From assembly GCF_022045235.1 (NCBI RefSeq), contig NW_027266266.1:5081848-5145847 (forward strand): DNA of 64,000 nucleotides, in the 5' to 3' direction. The notes under the pieces are model-generated. The model was not told the origin of the DNA. It ran no database searches and was given only the letters and a program-made list of their open reading frames with translations. Origin of the DNA: Haliotis cracherodii (taxonomy: Eukaryota). The position numbers and the translations under genes are program-made. Of the stretch, positions 38,421-49,682 are shown piece after piece; the stretch's first letter is position 1, and each line of letters opens with the position of its first letter.

Positions 38421-40695
38421 TTCGCCATTTTTTGGGTGAGGTGTTTTTGGTACCTGTTCCTGGACGGTCATATTCCCAATACCCATTTTCCACTAGTTAT
38501 CGCTGTTTTAAGGAAAATTACAAATTGCCAACCTATACTTTCTTTTGCCGCTTAGTTTATTTGTTTTATGAAAAAACAAACAATCTAGATATGAATACAA
38601 AAGCAAGTCGGTCCAGCTCTAGCTTGCTTTATTCCACAAAATCATCATCGGGAAAATTATTTGTTTAATGTCAGAGTCGAGAAGGGTATTGTGTAATAAA
38701 AGCTTTCCTAGACTGAATGTTAGTCTAATAAATGTGTGACTTGTATCTGTGCATTATCATATTACTTGCTACGGGAGGTACAGCTTGTCTATCTTTATCA
38801 TTGTATGTACAGTTTACTTTCATTAATTGTCCCTGTAGGTAGAGTTGGTCAAATAGGTTTTGCCTGATCACCGATCCCATTCCTTTTGGGAAATAAATAA
38901 TGTTAAAATCAAGTATCAGCTGTGTCATGAAATAAGGTATTTGTGATATAGCTGTCCAGCCAAGATTACGTCTACCGTGACAAGAGTCACACATACCTAT
39001 AGTGAGGTTGCTGGGCGAGGAATACAGGCTACCTGGTCCAAACAGGGATGATCTGGACAGGCTATTTATATTACTGGACAACATGGAATTCGCTACACGG
39101 CAGTCGCATAAGAAAGACATCAGCGTCCGGAGCTGGGAACTGTAAACGTGAAGTTACTGCATGGTCAGAGAGTTATAAGTGACGGGTGATGGTATTCATG
39201 GGCCGAAGTTCAGTGCACAGTAAGAGTGAAGGCCTTGTTTGTTTCATCCACGATGTAAACCCTGGGCGCCAGGTCCAAAGGGTAAAACCCTGCTGAAATG
39301 CTGAGGTGGTTGTCAGGGAGGGTGAAGAACCTCGGGAGACGGGGAATCTGCAGCACACAGCGAGAAGGTCCCGCGCGAGACCGGAGTTGTGAGCCAGAGC
39401 CACTTGTACCTGTCAAATAAACCCGCCTCTCCAGGAAACAGGTCATTTCAGCGATAGTGACAATCTCATTAAATTCAAATATTTTACTCTGACACGGTAC
39501 CCCCTGCATGAAAATCTGAGGACACCTCCACAGCAATATCGTCTCCTGATCCCTTAGCGGACTTTGACCACGTTTAAATGAAACGGGGATGCGTAGGTTT
39601 TTAGACTAAGTCTTCATTTCTTAACTACCCCCATTCGGAAATTAACCAGCCTAGGAAAGGAAGCCCGCACGCAACACAAAGGCGTATCGTCAGCAGACCT
39701 TTTGAGTGTAGATGTCATTGTGCTCAGAAACGACAGGGTGTATGCACATCCACAAGAATATATTAGCGCGGCATTTTATTTCACATTCGGTTTTTCCCTC
39801 TATAAAGAAATCAGATACTCCGCTCACTCGTAAAGAGAAATTTGAAGCTTTGATGCTGATGGGCTGATCAGAAAGTTCACGTGACACGACCTCCTATTGA
39901 GGTGTCCCAAGATCTTCACACAGATAGGTATTGTATGGAGGTTTCAAATCTTTGATAACAATATATTTACATTATTACTTTGTATTAGTAACAAGACGAA
40001 TCATTGAGATAAAATATTGAATAGGTCAAGAAAGGAAAGCTCATGGAATAAAATGAGCTGTTCAATATACAGAGAACATCCTGATGGCATATCTGTATGA
40101 CGGATCGTTTGGTGGAATCTGCGAGCACGGCTATGGTGCTGGTAAACCTACAATCATTATCTGTGTGAATATGGGGCTCGTGCTGAACATCAGCAGATCC
40201 TGGAACGAAAATACGATACATTTCTGCAGGGTGAATTGCAACGTGTGTGCGGGTGTGTTTATATTCACACATTTCTCACATTATTCGTTGCATCGTGGGC
40301 TTCTCGTTTGTTTTCTTTGTTTTTTGTTAGTTCAAATTTAAACTCACACGTTCTGTGAAAATCATCTGTGTTAACTCACTCACTCACTCAATCAAAAACT
40401 AACACAAAAAAACCTAGTCCCTTGTCACAACAAGTTCTATGCCCAAAGGTTAGTATTCCGCATCGAAACAGCATCCCTTAATATCATGGCCATTGCTGTA
40501 AAACTCCCTTGTCACTACGGAATACATGCACACGCTGATGCCTTTCCCAATATTTTTCCACCTGACGCTTTATATAACAAGTTGTGAATATCATTATTTG
40601 GAACGACTAAGACGGTATAAGAATATTCATCATGTCACCGTTAGGTCACAATTTGAATACATAGCAGTACATATAGGACTGACAGTGGGTGAATG

Positions 40696-40704
40696 TTTTA
40701 TACA
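40696..40704 (+). promoter_or_regulatory. Weak TATA-like element (TTTTATACA) about 40 bp upstream of gene A ATG
   Basis: Position only. Confidence 0.25.
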
Positions 40705-40740
40705 GAGAACCAGCATCAGGGAGTTCGGACATTTTGAAAA

Positions 40741-40812
40741 ATGAATTCTCTTCTTCTTGCTACAGCTCTTGCTTGCCTGGGTCATGTTCTTTTGGCTCAA
40801 ACAAGTCCTGCG
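40741..40812 (+). CDS. Gene A exon 1: MNSLLLATALACLGHVLLAQTSPA (signal peptide, 24 codons), donor gcg|gtgagt
   Basis: ATG followed by a hydrophobic stretch and a canonical GTGAGT donor. It has the same 24-codon length as B exon 1. Confidence 0.6.
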
Positions 40813-41274
40813 GTGAGTTAATATATTTTCGTAATTGGATATTATGTAAAACATGTTCCATTGCATGATTGACAGCAAACATTTAAGTTCAATTATTAGA
40901 ATGTTATGAAACTCAAACTATTTATATGCCAGAAAATACTGTAATTATATAAAACCTGGTCTTGTATCTGACCTCGGTGTTATATCTGACCACGGTGGAC
41001 CTACAAGGACAATTAATGAAAGTTTCATCGGCATGTGCGTTACGGGTCACTGGATGTTCTAGTCCATCACTTGATTGTCACGATTGTTTACATGCAACCG
41101 TTGCATGGCAGTAGCATCACTGTTGTGTTAGTCGGGCAACAAGCACAATTGCTGTAACATGCACTGTGTGTGGCGGGTGCTTCCAGTATGGAAGGACATC
41201 AAGGACTTTCAATCATATAAATTTCACCGCGAATCTGTTTCAGCGTATAATCAAGATTGGTTATTCTCTGCCAT

Positions 41275-41465
41275 TGACGTTTTGTACGTACAGTAAACTA
41301 CGGTTATAACGAACACGCTTATAACGAACTAACGGATATAACGAACTAACTTTTTAGTCCCGACTATATGCTGTAGTTATGCTGTATATATGCTTATAAC
41401 GAATTACGGTCAAAACGAACTAAAATTAGTAGTCCCTTTGAGTTCGTTACAATCGTAGTTTACTG
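41275..41465. mobile_element. MITE of about 190 bp with inverted-repeat ends atacagtaaactacgg...
   Basis: It begins cagtaaactacggttataacgaac and ends gttcgttacaatcgtagtttactgtat. An inverted second copy lies at 46418-46590. Both lie in gene A introns. Confidence 0.55.
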
Positions 41466-41469
41466 TATA

Positions 41470-41765
41470 TCCGTCCCTTGTGGGGGCACGGGTGGCCCAG
41501 TTGTCAAAGGCAACGCAATTCGCTGTGTTGAGTTGCGTTCCTTGACCACGCCAGAAACCTATGATTCTGGGTTCGGTTCCCGATTCGCCCCGATTATGTA
41601 TCTAGGTTTGTCAGCACAATACCCGTGCTCGTGGGTTTCACCAACGTGGAAACCTGCATCACTTCGGACTTTTCTCCCACATGAAGTTAATGGGCGTGAT
41701 ATAATTGGAATACGGTTCAAGGCGGCGTTAAGCCTCACTCACTCACTCACTCACTCACGCAACGA
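41470..41765 (+). mobile_element. SINE family 1 copy (gene A intron 1)
   Basis: gggggcacgggtggcccagttgtc...cactcactcactcactcac. Confidence 0.7.
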
Positions 41766-41863
41766 GGTCAGAACATCTAAGCCATCGTTATCTTGGCGTT
41801 GAAAGAAACCTGGCGTTTAAAATAATTATATAACTACATATTTTCATTTTTTGCCTATTTTAG

Positions 41864-42028
41864 GCGAGCATAAAGGCGTCATGGACTCGGGTCGTGACTC
41901 CAACCGTAACAGCAAAGGAAAGAGCCGTTATAAACGACGCTGCCAAGACCATCAAATTCGTCGCTCCATCCAGGGCTCTGGCATCTGTTGGTCTGAAAAG
42001 CAACGCCGAGTATATTGAATACAACACG
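41864..42028 (+). CDS. Gene A exon 2 (55 codons, phase 0-0): ASIKASWTRVVTPTVTAKERAVINDAAKTIKFVAPSRALASVGLKSNAEYIEYNT
   Basis: Acceptor ttgcctattttag and donor acg|gtacgt. Clear similarity to B exon 2 (SIRAEWLRVV... ...YTDYSS) and C exon 2. Confidence 0.6.
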
Positions 42029-42265
42029 GTACGTGATTCGGGTATACTATGAGATGTAAACAAAAGCGAATGTGTTTCATCGGAAAAGGATTCCTTATTG
42101 TTTAATGTCTATTTGATATGGACCTATGTAGTAGACTGTGCTATATTATTTTCAGACGTACATATCACGGATGTTGATCTCAGTAAGCGACAACGTATCA
42201 TAAACACACACTATTTACATCTTACTGGGAAGGTGATCGATAACTGGACTGCTCGTTACTTTCAG

Positions 42266-42379
42266 GAAATGTTTGCTGTGAAACTTTTCGATCGGCCAGT
42301 TAAGACTTGTTTCATTTTCAACGGTACCAACGTGCTTGATACATTCTCCGCCACAAGTGCTGACTTGCAAGCCCGAGTT
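42266..42379 (+). CDS. Gene A exon 3 (38 codons, phase 0-0): EMFAVKLFDRPVKTCFIFNGTNVLDTFSATSADLQARV
   Basis: Acceptor cgttactttcag and donor gtt|gtaagt. B exon 3 is 38 codons long and ends GTFSATSTALQAL|gtaagt. Confidence 0.65.
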
Positions 42380-42847
42380 GTAAGTTGTCAGTCATTACCG
42401 GTTCTGTTTGTTTTTTCTCAAATATTCAACTGGCAAGAATGATACATGTAACAAATGTCATATTTGGGATAAGACTTTCTTAGTTAAGTACAGATTCCTT
42501 TTGGGTTGAGTCCCGTCCGGGACTCGAACCCACACCGCCAGAGTGAGGCAACTAATCGCCAGCACACAGAGTCAGCGATCTAACCCACTCAGCCACCGAG
42601 GCCTCTACAAAATTGAAACTGGTAGTCTAGATCACGTACTTTGTGTACCCCTCTGACAAGTGTATGATACATACAAGAATGGTACATTTTACAAATATAA
42701 ACATGATTTTATGTCGGGATTATTGTGGGATTCTATTGGCACGCCCGCCCACCCGCACACACTCGCTGTTTGAATCCAAGCTTGTTCTAAATGAAAATAA
42801 AATGATAATTGTAGAGAGAATAACCGTGACATATTTTTTAATTATAG

Positions 42848-42995
42848 CAAGTGAATCCAGGGATGGAGAAGCAGTTTATGACCCTGACAACGCCAATGGA
42901 CGCAGCAAGTCAGGCCACCTTGAACACGGCCAATCCATTCATCGCAACAGAATGTGCAGCCACAACCTACATTGACACGACAGAGTTGTCTGCAG
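42848..42995 (+). CDS. Gene A exon 4 (phase 0-1): QVNPGMEKQFMTLTTPMDAASQATLNTANPFIATECAATTYIDTTELSA
   Basis: Acceptor ttttttaattatag and donor gcag|gtgaag. Strongly similar to B exon 4 (MDAASQSAFDLKHPFIQKKC...TTEMAA g|gtaata). Confidence 0.6.
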
Positions 42996-43845
42996 GTGAA
43001 GCAATGTTGCAATGTGTCTTGTCTGCGTGAACAATCGCCCCAACTCAATTTATATCCTTATAATTAAGTTGTCGTTGTGTGCATTGATATTCCTGCATTC
43101 TGATTAACTGAATTGGTCACGTGTTATTGCATTCATTTCCCGATGAACGTAAACAATTAAGCCACGCCCACCGAGGCGCACTACTTTTTTTACTGCGGAA
43201 TCCCGGGGAATCCCAATATTACAGTTGAGGGAATTTCCTTTCTGCTCACGTGTATCGTCATGCACAGGACATTTAGCGACTTTCATGCATATTCATTGTC
43301 CAAACTACCCTTTGAAACCGAAGGCCGAGAATGAATGAAACAGCAAACGAACAGGCTCGCTCGCCTGTTTTTTTTCCGATCGCCCCGTTCAACTTTCATG
43401 TCTTCGGGTTTCATTTCTGACCAGCCTTTTTTTCCTACTGTGTTTTACCGTAATCAGGGAAGTAATGTTTGAATCTGGCGGTAACTGACCATGTTATTTG
43501 AAACAGCCGCCTTCTCCCGGACATATTTCTTCCGGTTCTTTACAGTCTGACTGTTGCAGTTCTTTTCGCCTCTTGCCATAATTGACAGGTCCAATGAACA
43601 TAGATTTGATCCTACTTTCCGTTGATTGGCTACTGACTGTGTAGGCGTGTCAAGTTGTGTGCATAAATTAAACGATCCCCTGATTCATGTCACGCCAAAG
43701 TGTATATTCCTACACCTGGAATGTTTATCAATCTCGTCATTTTTGTCTGTTTTTATATATACAACTGTTTTAGTTAAACTATTGTACATAAAACATGTTA
43801 TACGTTGTCGAATTTAATTTTAAGCATTGACTGTATTTATTTCGG

Positions 43846-43925
43846 TTCATTGAGGTATGAATCGAAAAACCGATGTGCGGATTCTTACAAATGTTTGCAC
43901 ATCGGTTTTTCGATTCATACCTCAA
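43846..43925. repeat. Perfect palindrome: 36-bp arms around a loop of about 8 bp
   Basis: cggttcattgaggtatgaatcgaaaaaccgatgtgc ggattcttacaaatgttt gcacatcggtttttcgattcatacctcaatgaaccg. Confidence 0.85.
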
Positions 43926-44059
43926 TGAACCGAAAATAAAACAGTCAATCCTTAAATGATTATTCTTCGGCTATTAATTTTACAGTTGGTGTCTAAAGTA
44001 TAACCTTTAAAAACGTAGAGAGTGCTCCATCATCCCGAGGCAAGAGAGTTAACTTTACT

Positions 44060-44515
44060 TTAAAGTCCAGTTTCCACACTTGCCGAACTAGACTGGTATT
44101 ATGGAGTTATATTTTGGCTGGACTATAAAGTCTGTGCATAGTCCAATCATAATTGCGAAATGAAATCGATATCCGGTTCGTAAACTGCCGTGCAGATTTC
44201 GATCGATTGTAGGATTTGCAAAGCATGTGTACTGCCAACTCGGCGTCAACAGATATTTCCCGAATCCTTTCAAACTTTTAATCAAGGTTCTTTCGTGATT
44301 TGATCCACTTCGCGAAGTAAGACCCGTTTTATCACTTTTAATCTTGATTTTCGATAGGATCGTCTTGACTGGGCGCCTCCATTTTGTTTGAAGCAAATGC
44401 AAGTGATATGCGAGGTGGAATTTGGTTGGTCAGTTGTGGGGTTATCGGAGGGAAATAACTCGTAATAGCCACTGGTGGCGCTAGGTTCGGCAAGGATGGA
44501 AACTGGACTTTAAGA
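44060..44515. mobile_element. Non-autonomous DNA transposon of about 455 bp with inverted-repeat ends of about 35 bp flanked by TTAA
   Basis: Left end ttaa|agtccagtttccacacttgccgaactagactgg. Right end ccactggtggcgctaggttcggcaaggatggaaactggact|ttaa. The two TTAAs are consistent with a target-site duplication. Confidence 0.5.
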
Positions 44516-44887
44516 GTCAGTTGACGCAGTTGCCTCGGGAAGATGGGGGTAACTTAATATTTCTAAATTGTGAGACACATTATTTTCTAGTAATAGTTGC
44601 ATGATAAGAATAAACGAAGTTGGACTAGGTAGTGAAGTATGACAGTAGATGGTATGACTGCCAACGATCTTGAAGGACCATATAGGTAAGATGGGAAATT
44701 TCAAAGTTGACGTTTTTGGATCAGTAGTGCGTAATACCGCCAAGATTTGTCAAAAATTCATTCAATCGACGAGGCATTCTGCCCCAACGTCTCCCAATGG
44801 CAATTTGGAGGTCTGTCTCATTCCTTTGCAACCCTTCGCCAAGTTCAGCTGACATGATCACCAGTTGACGTTGATGCGAACGTCTCC

Positions 44888-45298
44888 CTATCGAGTCCTA
44901 GACGTGTTCAGTGGGGGGCCATCTGGGCTCATTACTGGACATGGCATTCTAGGGATGTTGTGCTGCTGGAGGTGAGCCTTGACGATTCGTGCACGGTGGG
45001 CATGGGCGTTGACGTCCTGAAAGACGAAACGTCGACCCACACGTCTTGCAAACTGGACAACAAATGGTTTTAGTATATTTTCCTGATAGTACTGTCCAGT
45101 GACAATTGCTTGCACGATATGAAGTGGGGTTCGCTCATTGAATGGTGATGCAACCCCTGCCAAGTGCAAAGTGAATCGGGACTCATTTGAAAGCATGACA
45201 CGTGAACAGCGACGTTTACCCAAGTTTCGACTGTCTGTACACCGTTGCGTCTGTAGGCAATATGACGATTTGTAAGGGGCGACACAACACGTGGTCAT
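44888..45298 (-). mobile_element. Tc1/mariner transposase fragment
   Basis: FQDVNAHAHRARIVKAHLQQHNI...SPDGPPLN. It lies within the last intron of gene A. Confidence 0.55.
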
Positions 45299-45419
45299 CG
45301 AGCATGGAGACGAGCTGTATGTAGACGATTTCTAATCGTGTGACCCGTAATTCGTACTCGAGTAGCGTGAAGAACGTTTGCGGAAATTTGATTCACCGTT
45401 CGAGCTCGATTTCGAAGAG

Positions 45420-45870
45420 CCTGGACCGCCTCTGTGGCCTGGTGTTAGAGCGTCCGCCCGGAGAGCCTGGACCGCCTCTGTGGCCTGGTGTAAGAGCGTC
45501 CGCCCGGAGAGCCTGGACCGCCTCTGTGGCCTGGTGTTAGAGCGTCCGCCCGGAGAGCCTGGACCGCCTCTGTGGCCTGGTGTTAGAACGTCCGCCCGGA
45601 GAGCCTGGACCGCCTCTGTGGCCTGGTGTTAGAACGTCCGCCCGGAGAGCCTGGACCGCCTCTGTGGCCTGGTGTTAGAACGTCCGCCAGGAGAGCCTGG
45701 ACCGCCTCTGTGGCCTGGTGTTAGAACGTCCGCCCGGAGAGCCTGGACCGCCTCTGTGGCCTGGTGTTAGAACGTCCGCCCGGAGAGCCTGGACCGCCTC
45801 TGTGGCCTGGTGTTAGAACGTCCGCCCGGAGAGCCTGGACCGCTTCTGTGGCCTGGTGTTAGATTTTTTT
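45420..45870. repeat. 46-bp minisatellite of about 10 copies (cctggaccgcctctgtggcctggtgttagagcgtccgcccggagag), derived from the SINE family 4 head
   Basis: Direct tandem repetition is visible. The unit contains the ccgcctc.gtgg.ctggt.tagagcgtccgcccggagag segment of the SINE head. Confidence 0.8.
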
Positions 45871-45954
45871 TATAATAACCATTTGATAATATTAAGCTTA
45901 AGTACATGTATAAGGCAAACGATGTGGTCTTATGGTTACGTCTTGGTCTTAATA

Positions 45955-46200
45955 GATGCAACCCGTGAAGATCCGGGGTAGAATAGTTCTTCAGCAACCC
46001 AAGCTTGCCATAAAAGGCGACTAACGTGATCGGGTGTCAGGCTCGCTGACTTGGTTGATGCATGTCATTGTATCCCAATTGCGTAAATCAATGCTCATGA
46101 TATCAATCACTGTATTGTCTGGTCCAGACTCGATTATTTACAGACCGCCGTCATATAGCTGGAATATTGCTGAGTACGGCATTAAACAACAAACAAACAA
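45955..46200 (-). mobile_element. SINE family 3 copy (gene A last intron)
   Basis: Reverse complement. Confidence 0.6.
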
Positions 46201-46417
46201 GCATTTCTTAATAGATGCCTTTGTATATTATTTGATGACTTGATGCCTTTTTATTTCAAACTGTATTGAATACGTGCATACTATTTGATGAAGACAATTT
46301 CAATTGGAAGATAGTGTTTAGGACTCAATGTGATCATATTAGTAATGGTCTTGAATGCATGTATCCTACATGCTGATAATGATATTGACTACATGCATAC
46401 TACATTAAAGTATGGTT

Positions 46418-46590
46418 ATAACGAAGTCAAAGGGACTACTAATTTTAGTTCGTTATAACCGTAGTTCGTTATAAGCATATATACAGCATAACTAAAGCAA
46501 ATAGTTGGGACTAAAAAGTAAGTTCGTTATATCCGTCAGTTCGTTATAAGCGTGTTCGTTATAACCGTAGTTTACTGTATTTGCATACGA
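46418..46590. mobile_element. Second copy of the 190-bp MITE, 26 bp upstream of gene A exon 5
   Basis: Reverse complement of the 41275-41465 copy. Confidence 0.55.
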
Positions 46591-46615
46591 AAATGTTTTT
46601 ATAATGGTGTTCCAG

Positions 46616-46692
46616 GGTCCACTGCTCCCGCTAACAGTGAAGTTGTGACGTTCCCGACGCTGTGGGGCAAACTAACGCTGTACATCCTGTAG
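46616..46692 (+). CDS. Gene A exon 5 (phase 1, includes stop): (G)STAPANSEVVTFPTLWGKLTLYIL*
   Basis: Acceptor ggtgttccag. The frame carried from exon 4 runs to TAG at 46690-46692. VTFPTLWGKLTLYIL parallels IRFTFFTSWGTVHLYIL in gene B. An ATTAAA lies about 70 nt downstream. The intron from exon 4 is about 3.6 kb and filled with transposable elements. Confidence 0.5.
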
Positions 46693-46763
46693 GCAACTGG
46701 TTCCGCCGTCATCTGCCTCGTGGTTTGGGAAAATATCCCTTTATGATGTGTACTTATGAACAT

Positions 46764-46769
46764 ATTAAA
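46764..46769 (+). promoter_or_regulatory. ATTAAA polyadenylation-signal variant downstream of the gene A stop
   Basis: About 70 nt after TAG 46692. Confidence 0.35.
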
Positions 46770-47515
46770 ATATCATTTTCTTGACTCTCTTAATTCAAAA
46801 TTTATTTCCCAAATATAATGGACAACTTTCACTTACTATTACGCTTTGATTCAACCTACTGTGTGAGTTCGTAAATGAGTTGGGTCGCTTTCAGCATTAT
46901 TTTATAAATATCACGGTAAAGACGGCCAAAGAGTTCCACACATTGTACCCATGACAGGAAGCGTAGCCAGGCCCGAGGTTATAAAACTTCATGCTCAAAT
47001 CCGGTTTCTGGCTGAACTTAAATCTAAGACTCAATAAACGGAGGTTATGAATAATCTGAGTACGTTTTCGTGCTCAACTTCAGCATGAAATACGTACGAT
47101 CTCAAGTACGCTTTGGACCGTGCTCAACGCTGAGTTCGATATCAACAATGGCAGCCCACCTGCGTCAGACTCGACACACCACTTCCTTTTATTTCTGCAA
47201 ACAGAAGTTGTTCTCGTTGGATCACCTCCTGGACAAGACACACTTCCTCCGCCTGTGACCGCCTTCTTGACTCGGGCACGCTCTTCGTTGCCATTGGAAA
47301 TAATCGGACGACAACATCCGGGTTGTTTTCTTACCTTTCTCGACGGAAGAGTTCCAAATTGTCGCTTGTTTCATAAACACAGAGTACTTTGAGCATGCTC
47401 AAGCCGAGCGTGAGTAGTGCTCACCTGAATATGAATGATGTTTATTCTCGTAAATCACGGCAGTGATACAAAGATGTAATTGGACACAGGAAAAAGATAC
47501 GATGAAGAAAACATG

Positions 47516-49609
47516 TCAGTGGAAAATTTCCATACATGATCTTATATAACTTGCCAGTTTTAATAGAGTTGGCTTATAAGTAATGGACATCAAATGAGAG
47601 AATTTTACGGCAGAAGGATACATACAGTAGTATTGAGGCAAAAACTTGTTTCTAATTTCTGAGAGTTTTGGACATTCTAATAAAAAGTGCATTTCATCAC
47701 ATATAAAATTTTTACACAATGTACATTTTCTTTCCTCTCTCACAATATTATACCATCTTCCTGTTTCAATGGGTAATCTATGATTTGCTGTTCTAAAACG
47801 AGCAAGAGAGATGCGTAAGGTGATTGGTAGTTCTAGTAAATAAGGTTCTAGAGATGGTAACTCTTTAAACATGTTATAATAGTAACCTTTAGATGAATTT
47901 TCCTTTGATTCTCGCCATCTTTGCAGAAAATTATCAATGAGAACATGTTTCACATTTTGTTTCAACCATGCGACACTAATAAAGGTTTGAGACAGCCAAA
48001 TGTAATTAAAGCCTATATTTTGAAGAATGCATTTTACTTCTTTTAATAGTGGGAAATGGTAATCTGGATTTGCAATGGACATTTGAAACATAAGTTTATA
48101 TACTATACTAGAAAGGCTAGTTTGTGATGATGTTAGCTTGCACCAATATGAAATCATTCTTATCTTAATGAAAATGCTGAGAGGATACCTCCCTAGTTCA
48201 CCATATACCATGTAATCGGGTGTTGACTGTTTTAACTTGAGAATATATTTACAAAATTTAAGATGTACACGTTCAATGACAACAGTATTTTCAAAACCCC
48301 ACACCTCAGATCCATATAACAATACTGGCTGAACAAGTTGATCAAATAATTTCAGTTGACAGTCAATAGGAATTTCTAATATTCTAATTTTACGAAATAC
48401 AGCGTACATTGCTCTAGATGCCTGATCTGTCAGTCTCTTTAGTGCCTTACAGAATCTACCAGTGTTTGTAAATAAAATACCAAGGTAAACATATTCTTTA
48501 ACAACATGAAGAAACGAGCCATTTAACATAAACTTGAAGACTCTATTTGTGGAGCGCTTGGCAAAAATAACTACTTTCGTTTTGCCAACATTGACTTTAA
48601 GTTTCCAGATAGTACAATATTCTTCAAATATAGTGAGACACTTTCTTAAATCTTCTGGGCTTTCGGCCATTAAAACAGTATCGTCGGCATACAAAATGAG
48701 AAAAAGTTTTATGTACAGTTCAAGTGAATCTATTAAAAGGTTATTTACATGATGCAGTCCTTCAAAGTCATTTTCAGATAAAAATTGTTCAAGGTCATTA
48801 AGGTACAAAGCAAACAGGAAAGGTGACAAATTTTCACCTTGTCTTACACCAATTTGACATGGGAAGAAACCTGACACCTTGTTATTGTGTGTAACACAAG
48901 ATTTGATATTTTGATATATATTATATATGACATTAAAACATTTTCCTTTGATATTAGACTTTATCATTTTTGACCACAGACCACACCTCCATACTGTATC
49001 GAAAGCTTTGCTAAAATCGACGAAAACACAATACAACTTCTTATTAAGGTTTCTATAGATATCAATGAGAGCTTTAAGAATAAACATATTGTCAATTGTT
49101 GAGTATTTTTTTCTAAATCCTGCTTGCGCTTCGCTTATCAGATTAGTCTGAACTGAGTAAGCTTGTAAACGATTATTCAATAGTGTAGTGAACAATTTAC
49201 CTAAACAGCTTAGGATAGAAATACCTCTGTAATTGTCTGGGTCAGCTTGGTTTCCTTTGTTTTTGTAGATTGGTTTTATTTTGCCAACAAGCCAAGCTTC
49301 AGGTAAAACCCCAGTGTCAAAAACGAGGTTAAAAAGCCTTACGTAAACCGGCATCATAACATGAATAGAGCTTTTAATGTACTCATTGTAAATACCATCC
49401 AACCCACAAGCCTTATTGTTCTTCAATGCACGGACAGCTGACATAATTTCTTCTTCTGTAATCCTACAATCTAAGATATCATCATGATTATCGTAATTTG
49501 TGTTATTGGCAAAAACATCGTCATTATCATCAGAACTTTGATTAAGATCTTTAAAAAATTGAAAAAAATTGTCAATACTGATTTTTTTCTGCTGTTTTCT
49601 TTGGTTCAA
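47516..49609 (-). CDS. LINE ORF2 reverse-transcriptase part (697 aa) with a C-terminal Cys-rich motif
   Basis: RT motifs FRKKYSTIDN, FVDFSKAFDTV and YADDTVLM. The C-terminal segment is CTLCKNFICDEMHFLLECPKL. Confidence 0.8.
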   Translation of the reverse strand: MNQRKQQKKISIDNFFQFFKDLNQSSDDNDDVFANNTNYDNHDDILDCRITEEEIMSAVRALKNNKACGLDGIYNEYIKSSIHVMMPVYVRLFNLVFDTGVLPEAWLVGKIKPIYKNKGNQADPDNYRGISILSCLGKLFTTLLNNRLQAYSVQTNLISEAQAGFRKKYSTIDNMFILKALIDIYRNLNKKLYCVFVDFSKAFDTVWRCGLWSKMIKSNIKGKCFNVIYNIYQNIKSCVTHNNKVSGFFPCQIGVRQGENLSPFLFALYLNDLEQFLSENDFEGLHHVNNLLIDSLELYIKLFLILYADDTVLMAESPEDLRKCLTIFEEYCTIWKLKVNVGKTKVVIFAKRSTNRVFKFMLNGSFLHVVKEYVYLGILFTNTGRFCKALKRLTDQASRAMYAVFRKIRILEIPIDCQLKLFDQLVQPVLLYGSEVWGFENTVVIERVHLKFCKYILKLKQSTPDYMVYGELGRYPLSIFIKIRMISYWCKLTSSQTSLSSIVYKLMFQMSIANPDYHFPLLKEVKCILQNIGFNYIWLSQTFISVAWLKQNVKHVLIDNFLQRWRESKENSSKGYYYNMFKELPSLEPYLLELPITLRISLARFRTANHRLPIETGRWYNIVREERKCTLCKNFICDEMHFLLECPKLSEIRNKFLPQYYCMYPSAVKFSHLMSITYKPTLLKLASYIRSCMEIFH

Positions 49610-49682
49610 ATGATTTTAAAATTTCCCAAAAATTCTTAGGGTTACTATCCTTACATTCCCTCAGTTGTTGGGACACATTTGT

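Noticed and set aside
38725-39536. Long open minus-strand frames (ORFs of 131, 108 and 76 aa)
   Set aside because: They have no recognisable domain or splice context. They may be a decayed transposable-element ORF, so they are left unannotated.
42156-42182. Possible 27-nt micro-exon in gene A (acceptor ttttcag, donor ca|gtaagc, phase 0-0)
   Set aside because: Paralogs B and C have no counterpart, and skipping it preserves phase, so it is not included in the model.
45340-45632. ORFs with repeated GPPLWPGVRASARRAWTASVAWC
   Set aside because: They are translations of the 46-bp SINE-derived minisatellite. The frame drifts with each unit.
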